A DNA stretch of 64,000 nt, taken from Oikopleura dioica. Lineage: Eukaryota > Animalia > Chordata. Below, piece after piece: positions 36,078-48,172 of the stretch (its first letter is position 1; every line of letters begins with the position of its first letter). The DNA is taken from assembly GCA_907165135.1 (NCBI GenBank), contig OU015568.1, positions 16,937,208-17,001,207 of the forward strand, written 5' to 3'. The notes beneath the pieces are model-generated. The model was not told where the DNA came from. It saw nothing but the letters and a program-made list of their open reading frames with translations, and did no database searches. The position numbers were made by a program, and so were the translations under genes.

Positions 36078-36750
36078 ATGATCAATAGATCAGAACAAAA
36101 AGCTCAATCAAAAGGAAATGTTGAACATGATCCGTCACGGAGCGAGAAAGATCTTCGCTGGCGAATGCACAGGAGCTCTCGATGTCAATCTGAACATCGA
36201 GGAAGTCCTCAAAGCCGGAGAAAAGAAAACGGAGGAACTTGCGGCCGAATTTGACAGTATGGGCTTGTTTGAATCTTCAATTTGCTAGATTTCTTTTAGA
36301 AATTGGTAAGAACGCGGCGCAAAAGTTCACCTTAGACGAAAACACCGATCACACTTGTCATGTTTGGAACGGCGTCGACTTCCGAGACGAGAAGAAAAAA
36401 GAGAGCAAGTTGATCGATGTCTGGATCGAGCCTCCAAAGCGAGAGCGAAAGGCAAACTATGCTGTTGATTAGTATTACAAGGAAGCTCCCCGTGTCAAGT
36501 AAGCCCTCTTCATGCTTCTTTAGTCCTTACAACATGTTTTAGCGATCCCAAAGCGCCAAAAGCACCTCTTCCGCCAAAACAACTGGACATCAAAGACTTT
36601 CAGTTCTATCCCCACGAACTGATTCCTTTTTTTGCGACAAGAAGTCCTGGCCTATCGAAAGCAAGTCAACTACAAAGTCTCTATCGATCCAGACGCCGAG
36701 CATCCTAAGAAAAAACAGAAAGCGGAGCAGGAGAAAATCGACGAATCCCT
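36078..36750 (+). pseudogene. SMARCA5: Captured ISWI (SMARCA5/SMARCA1) fragment, post-ATPase linker and HAND region
   Basis: KEMLNMIRHGARKIFA...KAGEKKTEEL, WIEPPKRERKANYAVD*YYKEA, PKAPKAPLPPKQLDIKDFQFYP, EVLAYRKQVNYKV...KAEQEKIDE; contains a nonsense codon and a frameshift. Confidence 0.9.
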
Positions 36751-36756
36751 CGGGAA

Positions 36757-37450
36757 AATCCCTCGAGCATCTCGCAAATCGCTTCGTTACCAAGGCCAGA
36801 AACCGTCCAGAAACTATCTGCATCCTTGGAAATCTGTTCTCGTACAATGAGCGGCGCGACAAAGCAACGACATATTTCTCGCGCGCTGTGCAAATCTGCG
36901 ATTCCGATTTCACTATGCTTTCCACTTGTTGGGACACGAGTATGTTCTGAAGGAAGAAAACGACAGCGCAATCAAGTGCTTCAAGAACGCAATAAAGCAC
37001 AAGGCGAGATTTGTCAATGCGTTGACGAGCATTGGTGATGTTTTCATCAATGCAGAGAAGTACGACCTTGCAGAGAGTTATTTATTAACAGGTTGAGAAA
37101 TTTACAACTGAATCTTAATAAGAACTGTTTTCTAGCGCTGAGATACTATCCAAAGAACGCTACTGTTTGGTTATACATGGGGCAGATTCGCCACAAGAAA
37201 GGAGAACTGAATAAAGCTCTCCAATGCTTCAATAAAGTACCAAAGCTGACAAATTCTAGCCTCATGTAATACCTTTGTTTCTAGGCGCTGCAGTTCGATC
37301 CAACACAAGCGAACGCGCTCTTCATGAAAGCAAACATGTATTATAATCTCGGCGACTATCGGAAATCGCTCAACGAGTTGATACATCTCGACAAGATTCA
37401 CCCCAAACTGGGGCGAAACCATCATTTGAGGCATACCATCATTTGGGGCA
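36757..37450 (+). pseudogene. CDC27: Captured CDC27/APC3 C-terminal TPR fragment
   Basis: [84 protein letters not shown]; frameshifted, introns retained. Confidence 0.85.
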
Positions 37451-37659
37451 GAAATATCTCGGCAACAAGCATATGCAAATTGCTAATCAGCTCGATCCAA
37501 AAGGAAATCACTAGCAAAAAGGTAAAGCTCTTGATGTTTTCCATGTTTCAATTGAAAATTTCAGCTCACGATTCATTAGAACTGGCAGACATTGCCAATT
37601 ATGAGCGGGATCAATCGATGGAATCTTCAATTTCTGTAACTCCGACGGCGAATGATAAA

Positions 37660-38030
37660 ATGATAAGAACTTACGACGACAATTCCGCGCTAGCAACTAC
37701 TAGTCCACGACTCGAGTTAACACCTTTATCTGCACGATGCCGATGCGCTTGGAGGAATCAGATCCAGCTCAACCTTTCCGACTTTACTCAACGAGCGTAT
37801 GGCACTAACTACATCGAAACTCTCCGAGTTCAGGTAAAATTTAAACAGTCAGTCAGGGACACTGAGTCAGGGCCTGAAAGCCTGGAATTTCCCACCTATT
37901 CTTAAGTCATCACAATAAATCTCTTTTTCAGATCCACGCTAATTGCCGAATCCGTCGCGTTTACTTCTTCGACCAGCTTTATTCCGAAGACGAGCTTCCC
38001 GCCGAATTCAAGCTCTACCACCTGGAATCT
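37660..38030 (+). pseudogene. CFAP20: Captured CFAP20 (BUG22/GTL3) C-terminal fragment
   Basis: [55 protein letters not shown]|[29 protein letters not shown], near-identical to CFAP20 apart from a nonsense codon and a small deletion. Confidence 0.93.
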
Positions 38031-38422
38031 CTTGAAAACATAACCGCACGAGCTGAGCAAAACTACAAGTCCTTTATTAAGTCAACCAAGAGCGCAAACT
38101 AGCAACAAAAAAAAATCAAGTTCATCGATACTATTTGCCAAGGTACGAAAATACGTCAGAATTTGATTTTGTGGACGATTTTTAATTGATTTCAAATAAT
38201 ACCCATTCTAAGCGCACAGTTATCAATACACACCTCCAATGAAGACCAAAAGCGCCTGTGTATTCTTCATTTTGAAGCTCAGTCAGAAAAAATTCATCTT
38301 CCGCAGAAGATTTGCCCGAATGGCAACCGAAACCTCAAGCGAGTCGGACAGCGGAAACTTATCTACAAATCAGCTGATGCTAAAAGATCAAAGGTAAAAT
38401 AGCAAATGTTAGCAATCTCATT

Positions 38423-40268
38423 TTATAAAACCTTCCTGATGACTTGTGTCCGTTCTTCCTCCCAAGCCTTCAAGAGGCCTTCCTGTCCTGCCCGGCGTTT
38501 CCAGGATTGATACAAGTGGAAGGAACACTTTATATGAATAACGCCGGGCAGGACAGTTTTGTGAGCAGAGATAAAGGATTTCTCCCAGTCACTGCACACA
38601 TAGCGAAGATTAGGGAGCCCATTCGTTTGGCTTTTGAAGAATGCCCATAACGCTTCATATGTTTCCGCTTTGTGATCTTTGAGGAGACAAGTCATTCGGT
38701 CAACGCAATAACCCTTGACAGGTTTTTTTAACGCACCGTCGATTTTTGATGATTACCCCGAAAACAAAAGCCCGAATAAGCGACACCAAGCGACTTAAAT
38801 AAAAAAAACCCGACCTTGAATTTGTTCGATTGATCGCGGCAAGGTTCGGTTACCATCACAAGTTGTGGCCACTGTTTTTTGACGGCACTCACGACACTCA
38901 TTATTCCATCTTTTCGAGTTTCATATTTTTTTTTCAGATCACGAGCGAACTCACAAACAACCTGTCTCATCTACAACAACAACAACTCAACTGTACTCAA
39001 TAAAGGTAAAAAACTCTTCCTATATTGAGACTTGATGCATATTCACTTCGGCGAGCGTCATGGTCCAAAAAAAACACTATATTGTGGCGCGTGAAATCGT
39101 TGCTAAGGGAAGGGAGTCGTGAATCCGCCCACCATCGTTGAAACATATATAAGAAGTGGCATTTTGTCGGCACAATTTGTTTTTCCTTGGCAGCGACATT
39201 TGAGTTTTTAAATCGAAGCGCCGCTTTTTTGGCATTCTTTTTGGCATTTCCACCGAAAATTCGATTTGAAATTTCACTGTCAACGACTTCATCTTGCAAC
39301 AATTCAAGCATTTTTCTCGAAGTCCGGGGCTGTGATTCAAGCTCGTTTCGACGGAATCTGTAAACCACATATCTTTTCCAACAATCAATCAGTGCATTCA
39401 AATGACCACCAAAGCCACAAACTTCAAACGCCACATGAGATTTTCTTGGATCGTAGATTATAAAGTTTTCAACATCGTAAAATTCTTTCGATTTGTAATC
39501 AGAATTTCGTACAAGCACCGATATTTTCGCTTTACAGTTAGATGTTTCCAGATTCTTTCGAACGTGGTGGTTTTGACAGTTGAGATTCATTCTTTTCCAT
39601 CCTTTTTAACAGATCTCAAAATGATAATTTTTGATTTCAGCGCACGAAAAAACCGTCACAATTCCAGCATTTTGGCAAGCAACAGTGCCAAAGCGATGTC
39701 CACAACATGATTTACTCGATTGAGAAGCGTTTTAGGTAAGTTAATGCCCTAAAGATGCATGCCGTATATATTAAAGGGTAAATCATTCTATTTGACCTGC
39801 TCCTGGATATTTTGCTGCTAGTTCTTTTGGAAGATCTTGAAAATCGTCTTTATTGCGCGGAGTATATGAGAACAATTCATTAGGTCCAAAGCAAATAAAG
39901 AAAATGAAATTGACCATGCTTGTTGCCAATTGAACTGATATCAACTATTTAGTGCTCTCAAGATTTCAATTTGATGATGAAGAGTTCTCCGCGAAAGGGT
40001 TGCTCATTTCTGACCGAGGCTACTTGGAAGTTTATCCTTACGACAAATTGCAAGGTAATTCAATTATTAATAAAGAGCACTTTTCCTTTGGATCGGTACT
40101 GGTAGAATCATCGATGATTTCTTGAGTTTCAATCATCGTTGGGGGACGTTCAGGCGTAAGCAAGTCTTTGAGCTCAAGTTTAGCTTTTGGCGCTTTCTTA
40201 ACCATGTCGCTGACTTCTTTTGTTAATTCCAAATCCTCATTCTTTTCATCATCCTTTTTACGCTTCAT
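38423..40268 (-). CDS. MULE (MuDR-family) transposase, multi-exon; C-terminal catalytic Glu exon not found
   Basis: KIDGALKKPVKGY...CLLKDHKAETYEALW...YVCSDWEKSFISAHKTVLPGVIHIKCSFHLYQSWKRR shows the first two acidic residues and the CxxH motif. Upstream exons at 38800-39590 and probably 40038-40268. Confidence 0.8.
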
Positions 40269-40438
40269 TTTTATCTCTAATAATAAGTAGACTCCTGCTG
40301 AAAATCGAGAAGTAAATGTTCAATTTTTATGAAAATATCTGTAGACTTAAGTTCTAGAAGCACTAGAATTCAAATTCATATAGTCAATATAATTGTATAA
40401 CAGTGTTTTAAGCAAAACGACAACGCAGCTGCAAATGG

Positions 40439-40939
40439 ATGAAGATCTCAATGAATACGAAAGTACCAGCTCCGAAAGCAGACCTCAACCTCAAAGATTC
40501 GATGGCATATCTTGAGAAATACTACAAGTCCTCCTCAGCAGCTACAGCGATTTCTTTTTTCACAAAGAGCGAGAAACTGACACAGAACTCCCGACCACTT
40601 CTGCTCACCATGCTTAGTCACAAAGAAAACGACGCGATCGTGATTTAGTGCCTGAAATTGCTCCAATTTGGCTGCGTCACTTCAGAACTACTACGACCTT
40701 TGTACAGTATTGTGCGCACGTCAAAATGTAAAGATGTCGTTAACGAGTCGATGATTATCCTGTCGCAGCTTAACTCGGAAAAGTCGATTGCAACTATTGG
40801 CTCGTTAGGATTCATTCATGAGATTTGTCTCTTCATCGAAAAGTACAAATCAGGTACTGTCCTACTTCGTGACGAATTTCCTTCTATTGTCAATTATTTA
40901 GAGAGGGAAGTATTCAAAAACTGTGTAAAGGCATTATGA
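40439..40939 (+). pseudogene. Divergently oriented helical (ARM/HEAT-like?) ORF in the MULE, split by a stop
   Basis: ORFs 40439-40648 and 40658-40939 are in one frame separated by TAG (NDAIVI*CLKLLQFG); Leu-rich helical pattern. Confidence 0.35.
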
Positions 40940-41413
40940 TCGGCTTGTATAAACGAATCAAACGCAGAGCTCGCTTCCAAAGAAAAAGTTCGATGAAAAA
41001 GGTTTTGATGGAGCAAGTAAATTCAAGTCTGATGCTTTGGTTCCTGCAGAAGTCGTTTCTTTTTATAAAAATAAAGAGGCTTCAAGGACTATATTATCAA
41101 AGAGCTTCCTTCTTGACCGGTTTTATTGAGAATCTCTTTTATTCGTATTATTTATATTCAGGCAGATCAAGGTTTTTTTTCTTGTTTTTCTTTGTATTTT
41201 CTCGTCAGCAGTCGGATTTCGCAGTGTTTTTTCGATCGAAAGAAATGAATTCGGCAACAATTTACACCAAATGTCCCAAAACAAAGAATTTTCACCCAAT
41301 AGGTGTAAGTTCCCATTAGGTGTAAATATCCATTAGGTGTGTTACACCTTCTAGAAAATTACACCTAATGGAATTTACACCTAATGGGTATTTACACCTA
41401 ATGGGCCCTACTC

Positions 41414-42705
41414 AAACGTATCTGGTATTCCTTCGCAATTTTCGCTTGATATTGCTGCCGTTCCACCAATCCATGCAAATATTTCTCGTAGTTCTGTCTT
41501 ACTCACAGCTTTTCTCAGATGAGGTAGCCCTTCTTTCGCATTTGACTTGTCCAATTTGTTGCATAAATTGTATGTGATTACGTGCAGAACTTCTGAATTT
41601 TCATTATGTATAGTTCCAAATTTCACTTTTTACCTTTCACGTAAAAAGAGCAAAGATCTAAACGACCAAATGTGCTGTGACGAAAAACTCTACACTTCCT
41701 ACAATGTTGAAGGTGGCTGTCTACGCTGCATTTTCGGGTCGGTGTATCAAAATGACCCTAAATTGATTTCTTGTATGGTCGAATTCGAGCTGTACCTGGA
41801 GGTTCAGAGTTAATTCTTCGATTATAGCTTCTTTTGCCGTTGTCAAGTGCCATTCCGATATCATATCTGTTTCTTCTTTTAATGTTTTTCTCATTGATTC
41901 CGTCATTCGAAATCCAAAGGTTCGTCGGTAATTTTCGCATTTTGCTGCTCTGAAATTTTTTATATTTATTGGTTCGTTAAACCTACTTTGACAAAACAGC
42001 ATTCATCGGCCATTTTGCAATTGGGAGGTTATGGCTCTTGTAGTTGTAACTGTGTTTACTTATAAGCGTCGCATACTTGTCACTGCTTTGATTTTGAAGT
42101 AAAAGACTGAATTTTTGATTAACGGATCGCCCGCAGAGGGTGACAGTAGAGGACGAAGGGAGGACTGTGCCACCACCGTACCTCATAAATATTTTGCCAT
42201 TCACGTCGGTGTCCACATCCATCAACTCCCATATGTTTTTTTTTACAGTGTATGGCAAGCTTGGCAACAATGATGGACCCGTTTGGTTTGCCGCGGCAGT
42301 ATACTGATAAGTTTCATATTTTCCGAAGAGCTCACGAAAATTTGCTAGTGCCCTTTTAATTGCCGCGGAAGAAGTAAATTGCTAAAAATATTATTATCCC
42401 TAAATAACTTTTCATTAACTTACCTTGAATTCTAATGTCGGCGGCAAAACGTTATGAAGAAGCTCACAAAGTACAATGTCATGACTTTTTACACGGCTTG
42501 CTTAAATTTTTCACATTTTCAATTAACTGTTACTCTTACTGTAAACTGCCCATTTCGCGTATTTTTTTGCGAGTTTTTCACTATTCTCCACTCTGAGAAA
42601 ATAACCCCACGGCCGCATGTTATTAACGCTCCAAAATGCTACATTGTCTGCTTCCTTTGATAACCAATTTGCGACGGTTTTTTTAAACCGGATGGACTCA
42701 TCCAT
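41414..42705 (-). CDS. Orphan multi-exon gene whose exon runs through the MULE target site
   Basis: Five exons splice in frame via GT-AG (MDESIRFKK...; QFTSSAAIKR...; AAKCENYRR...; GHFDTPTRKC...; EVLHVITYNL...GIPDTF). The codons DTF are the TSD. Confidence 0.6.
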
Positions 42706-42791
42706 ACTAAAAATAAATTATCTGTTATTTAACGTTATCTCTAACTAATTAAGCACGCTGAAAAAAAAGAACGAGAGCGAGCACGGGCAAT

Positions 42792-43625
42792 TTAGCAGTT
42801 GTTTTGCAGTTTAAGGCTTGCTATTTCTCTCTTGAGAGATTGGTTCTCTGTCTTTTCTTCTTCCAAAAGCTCTCGGAGATTCCCATTTTCAGTAGTCACA
42901 ACTTCGCCTTCACTATATTATTCGTTAATTATGTTTCTTGTTACTTATCGTTACCTCATCAATTTTTGAATCTTACGTTCAAGGCTTTTTGTTTTGCTCG
43001 TTAGTTCTTTCTCGATCAATTTTTGTTTTTTAACTTCATTTTCCGCGTCTTGGATAGCTGCCTGAAGTTTCTTTGTTTCAGTATCCGCATTTTGGAGCTT
43101 AGCCTTCAATTCTTCCGTGTCATCGTTCTGCTTTTATAATTTTTTATTTAAATTAAAGTAAATTAATTACCTTGTTTGACTCTTCGACAGGGGTATTTTT
43201 TTTGGCATCAAAAAGTGCCTGCATCAGCGCATAATTGTCCCTTTCAAGATCTGCGTTTCTGTACAGCGTCTGCAAGATGAGTTGTTCCACGTTGTTAAAA
43301 GTGGTTATTCGATCGAGGATTGTTTTGATATTCTTTAAAAAAAAACTCAATGGACTTCTGGTGAATGATGAAACCTTTACTATCCCGATGCTTAGCAATG
43401 GGATCTTTACAACCGCATCATTTGTACAGCGTTTGCATTTCGTATTGCTTTCATTAAGGGTAGTTAATTGTAAATGCAGTATGTTGACACGTTACTTAAT
43501 AACCCCTCTCTTGATTGCAAACATCCTTTGCAGTGTACTTCTACACAGCATGTTGTAAGTTGCAAGTTATCAATGTCATCATTCTTGCATTGGATACAGT
43601 ATCCGCCGAATTTCCTATTATCCAT
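42792..43625 (-). CDS. RING-finger-like plus coiled-coil protein
   Basis: tttaagaATG-DNRKFGGYCIQCKNDDIDNLQLTTCCVEVHCKGCLQ, then SNTKCKRC after a probable short intron, then heptad-rich exons to stop 42792-42794. Confidence 0.62.
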
Positions 43626-43664
43626 TCTTAAATCAGTTTGTTTACAATATGGGCAATGTTTTAC

Positions 43665-46048
43665 GCTAGTAATTCATTGAGAAAGACCCAGATGGACCGC
43701 AGAATTGATATTTTCTTCGCGATCTCATCCGCAAGATCGTCATCTTTGCTTTTCCAGAATCGACGTTCTTCCTCCATACGATCAACAACCTCTTCCTGGC
43801 CGGAATCTTTTCAAGTTACAAAATATCTTTTAATTTTTTCTTATCAATCTATTTGAAGCTTTCCTGGATAAGCCATAAGTAGGTCAATAATTTTTTCTTT
43901 CCAATCCTCCAATTTCTGTGGTAAGTATTGTAATCAAATAAATTAACATTGTACTTATTCCTTATTCACCCTAATTGTTGGAGAGGTTTCGCAATCAATG
44001 CATGTGCGAATAAATCGCCTTCGCTTTTAAGATTCGGATTTTTTTCGCAACACGAAGTTTTTTTATCAAAATCTTTCCTTGGTTCAGAAATTTGACCCAG
44101 TCTAGAATTGGTTTTGTGCTGTCTGGCATCAAGCAACGAGTCATTGATGAAACTTCACTGGTCACAGTTGTCTATTTTATCACTTTAATTTTTAGTTTCC
44201 TGCACCTTCCTGAATCTCGCGTGCAATCTGATTTTTTGGTTCATTTTACTTGCCAATTTTTCTTCGAATGTTCTATCCATCTTTCTATTAAATTTCCGTG
44301 TGAACAATGAGTACGAGTTAAGGTGAGTTTGAAATGCCGCGGTAATATGTGGGAGCAGATAAGGTCATTGCCGCGTTAAAATGTGGAAGCAGGGGTAAGT
44401 GACAATATAAAATGCCGCGGAACATGAGAGAAGCTGTAATAAGTATCAATGAAAAAAACATGGTTCTGATATGAGGGTTTTCTTCGGCCGGGAGGCCTAT
44501 GCTTTATCGCGTATTTCTTATCACATTTTTGGGAATCTTCTGCGCAAGGTAACGTGCATATTCGAGTATATTTCTGTGGTTTGTATTTTTCTATATTTTT
44601 TAATTCATGTTGGATATTGTTATTCGGCATACCTCGTCGTGGGGATAAAGTGGTGGGTGTTTATATGTTGTTACGTGTCTCAATGCCCGCATGCCCCTGT
44701 TGTTTGCAAGTGTTATTCGTCCTATGTAGATTTCGCAGAATCCTTTTAACATTTGTGGATATGCAACTAGATTTTATTGTTAATGTTCGAATTTGGGCAT
44801 TTACCATCGTTGTCGGAGCTCACTGCTGGGAGTCTTGTTATTGGTTTTTGGCATGTGTCCATGTCTATTTCGACTCCAATATATGAAGCTGCGGGTACTG
44901 CGATCTGGATTTTTGTGTAATTATTATTGATTTGTGTTTTTACCTGGTAGAATTGGAAGTTAAAAAAACCAACTCGAAGCAAATTCTGAAGGCCGTAGAG
45001 TTCAATTGTGTTCAGGCAGTCATATGTCTGGAACATAGCGTACTCCAATGCATTGCCCAATAACTTCTCGTATCGAAAGCAACACAAAAAGAGGATTCTC
45101 GCGATGAGAGACTGGCATTGTTTCGGCCCGAGTTCCTTACTTTTCTTCGTTCTTATCCACTCTATAAAATAATTACTTTGTTTGTTTTTTTATTGTTTCT
45201 TACTTCCTTTATTCGAGTAACGTTTATTATTTACTTTAACAGTTTCCGTTAACTCGAAGTAGTCTTCTAGATTCATGCTGGTGACGACATGCCAAAAAAA
45301 AGAATTGGTTGTCTTCGTTGTCTCCCGCTCCGGATCTAACGCTCCCACGCTCATGTAGACTGTCTGATTGTTATTCGCGATTTGGTTCTATTTTTATTTA
45401 TTAATTTGTTTCAGTGGTGTTTTTACCTTTGTTACTGACATCACATAAAAAAGGCTACACAAACCTGGTTTGTGTAGCTTGTGACTATCGATTCCGCGCT
45501 CTGAATGAACTCCTGCAAGTGTATGAAGATCGGTATCGCTTAGTTCAAACCACCAGTTGTACACTGACAGTATTGGCATCTTATGGTAGAGGAAGAGCAT
45601 TGCGAATTTTTCCGCCGTGTATGAAAACGCTGATGCTCGTTCTTGTTTATTTGCCCAGTAGGACGTTGCGTCTGGTGGCAGTTCTTCCCATCCGTATTTG
45701 TCAAGGTGTTGTGTCAGTCCCTCTTTCGTTGCAATCCATAACTCCGATAGTGATGCATTTGCTGGTATATTTACTTCCACGTACTCGCGTTTTAAATTAT
45801 CTTGTCCCGGCTCTGGTTTTCTGTGTATCTATTAACGGTTATTTTACTTCTTTTTATTTTTTTTTAACTTTTATAAATGTGCCAACGTTGATCTTTCCAC
45901 CATTTCTGAATTTTCCTTCCGACGCAGTCTTTCCGATTCCCATATCTTTGCAGATCTTTATGTTTGCTTTCGTATTTTCTAGCGTCATCGTGTCTGGATC
46001 TCGAAAATCTCTGTCGTGGCCAGTGTACTCGATGTTGAGTGAGTTCAA
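43665..46048 (-). CDS. Orphan multi-exon gene(s)
   Basis: Coding-like exons (LCCFRYEKLLGNALEY..., MEVNIPANASLSELWIATKEG..., MNSLNIEYTGHDRDF...) with GT-AG junctions; gene boundaries unresolved. Confidence 0.35.
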
Positions 46049-46473
46049 CAGATTATCATGTTCTTCTGTGAAGCGTGAAGTCTCGTAGATTTCGTTAACT
46101 TCTTTTTTGAACTTATTGTAATCGAACCGATGGAATGAGATGGGAAATCTTAATGTGTTTATTCTTTCTTTGCTTTGTTTCTTTATTGCCGCGACAAATA
46201 ATTAGGTTTAACTCGATGCGAATTTATTATAAGCACAAGGAATAGTGGATTAATGGACTAATCTCACTTTACTGTTATGCCGCGACAATATTATACTGTA
46301 CAGTGTCGTGTCTTGCCCTTAAGCAAATCTTGTATACGTCCGCCTATTGGTTTTGCATGGAGTAGCGCATTTCTCTTTTTTAAATTAGAGAGAACAACTT
46401 TTTAAATTGTTGTTATTGCTACTCCAGTCAGGATTTATCGGTAAACGTGTCTAAATTTTGATTTAGAATTCGT

Positions 46474-47601
46474 ATGAGTGCTGCCTCGGGTGAAAATTTA
46501 ACAGTTACTTCCGGAGGTTGAATAAAAATTCATGGGCGCAATTATATTTTTCTTTAGCTAAGGCTGATGCGCATCCTGTCGGTGACGCTGATCCCTATAA
46601 AAGAGCAGTGATGACTGGTTGCCCGCCCAAGAAATTTGTGGATTCTATTATGCGTGTCAAATTTATTTCTGAAGAGTGCGAAAAGTCAAAAGTCAATCGG
46701 GATTATATAAAACGCATAATTGCTATTGTTTCGAATCTTGTCTCATGCAATGAGTATCTTGCTGAGGAATTTGATCCGGTATGACTTACATTGACATCAA
46801 CTTGCCGTAGATAATTTCATCGTTGTCGTTATCGCTTGCCATTCTAAATACAATTGTTTATAGGAACGTCGAATAAACTACTCTTTCGTCAGTGAAATTA
46901 TCTTGGCGAAGGCGACCGAAGAGTTGGTGTATGAAATGGCAAATTTTTCCGGTGAATCTCCCGCTACAAAATGGCGATTCGAAGTCAAACTTGAACGCGG
47001 AATGGTCTCGAAGGTATTTCTCTTTTATTTTAATACTATTAAAGAATTTTAATCCAATCATTATCAAACTTTGGATGACCTCTGACTCTTTCGATGGAAG
47101 TGCCAAAGTTTTTTACGAAAAAAAACTCTCAGCCTTGTCTGTTGATTCGTTAGTGCAGAGGGCTACACGCGATCTCGACAACTTATTTCGTGAATTTGGA
47201 GTTGAGCCCGTATCTCGAGATGCGGTTCCACAAGTATTAATGGACAACAACGAGTGTCGCCCCCTTCTGGAGAATTTACTGTCTTCAAATGAGAAAATTT
47301 GCAATTTGGTAAATTTTTTTTTTATCAATAATCCTAATTTTAGTAGTTTAAATCATCACGGTCTCATTTGCACGAAGTGGCTAACTCAACTACTTCAACT
47401 ATTGCGTCTGTTCTTGAAAAACATAAGATCTCCTATCAATTGATGTCATTGGTTGATCAGCCTCATGCTAAACAGTCAAGCGTTGTTGTGTTATCTGCTG
47501 ATGGGACTGTTCGCTGTTACAAATTGTCTCAAAATGGCCAGGCTCATCAAACAAAGCTATGGTCCAAAGCCTTTGGAGACATATTTTCTACTATGAATTA
47601 A
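46474..47601 (+). CDS. Orphan plus-strand multi-exon gene (possibly decayed)
   Basis: ORFs 46518-46784, 46892-47443 and 47368-47601 overlap or abut with GT-AG-bounded gaps; no domain recognised. Confidence 0.4.
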
Positions 47602-47772
47602 AATGAATATTGGCACCATTTTTAAGCTTCCGTTGTGGGCTGCTAGAGCGTCCATAAAATTGGAGAAGAAACGACCAAAAAGGCGACATGATCAGACAGG
47701 GGTGGATGTTGTGATTCAATAATTTTCAAAAACTTGTAATGGATGTTGACAAATCAATATCCATCTCTGTAT

Positions 47773-47964
47773 CCGGGGTTCGCAACTAGCCACGAAATGC
47801 CGCGACTAGGTTAGTTCAGTTAATAAGCCATGGTTAGTTGGTTAATGGGTTTTTGGCTTGTTTTCGCTAGTAGCCGACGGTTAGTACAATGGCCTATATA
47901 ACGCTGGCTAGGCTAGACTTGACTAGTCATCGGCTATCGGTAGGCGGCTTGTTGCCGACCCCAG
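47773..47964. mobile_element. hAT-type MITE, 192 bp, 8-bp TSD
   Basis: TIRs CCGGGGTTCGCAACTAGCC / GGCTTGTTGCCGACCCCAG; flanks CTCTGTAT (47765-47772) and CTCTGTGT (47965-47972). Confidence 0.85.
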
Positions 47965-48172
47965 CTCTGTGTAAAGACTCGTGATGAAATCCGTGACGAT
48001 AAAGACGATCCCAATTCTGCAAAAAAAGTAAAAACTGACCGCTGAATGACATTGAAATAAATCAACACTTTTAAATAAAACAACACTTTTGTCGCCGCGT
48101 GTGAATTATATTAAAGTGAACAGTTAATAAAGTTTCGCATAGGGAGTAATAAATTGCAGTTAATGTTCAGGT

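Larger units (their letters stand above)
32486..41413. mobile_element. Mutator-like (MULE) transposon, 8928 bp, carrying captured host gene fragments (Pack-MULE-like)
   Basis: TIRs ~32486-32602 and ~41297-41413; identical 9-bp TSD AAACGTATC at 32477-32485 and 41414-41422; MULE transposase exons inside. Confidence 0.93.
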
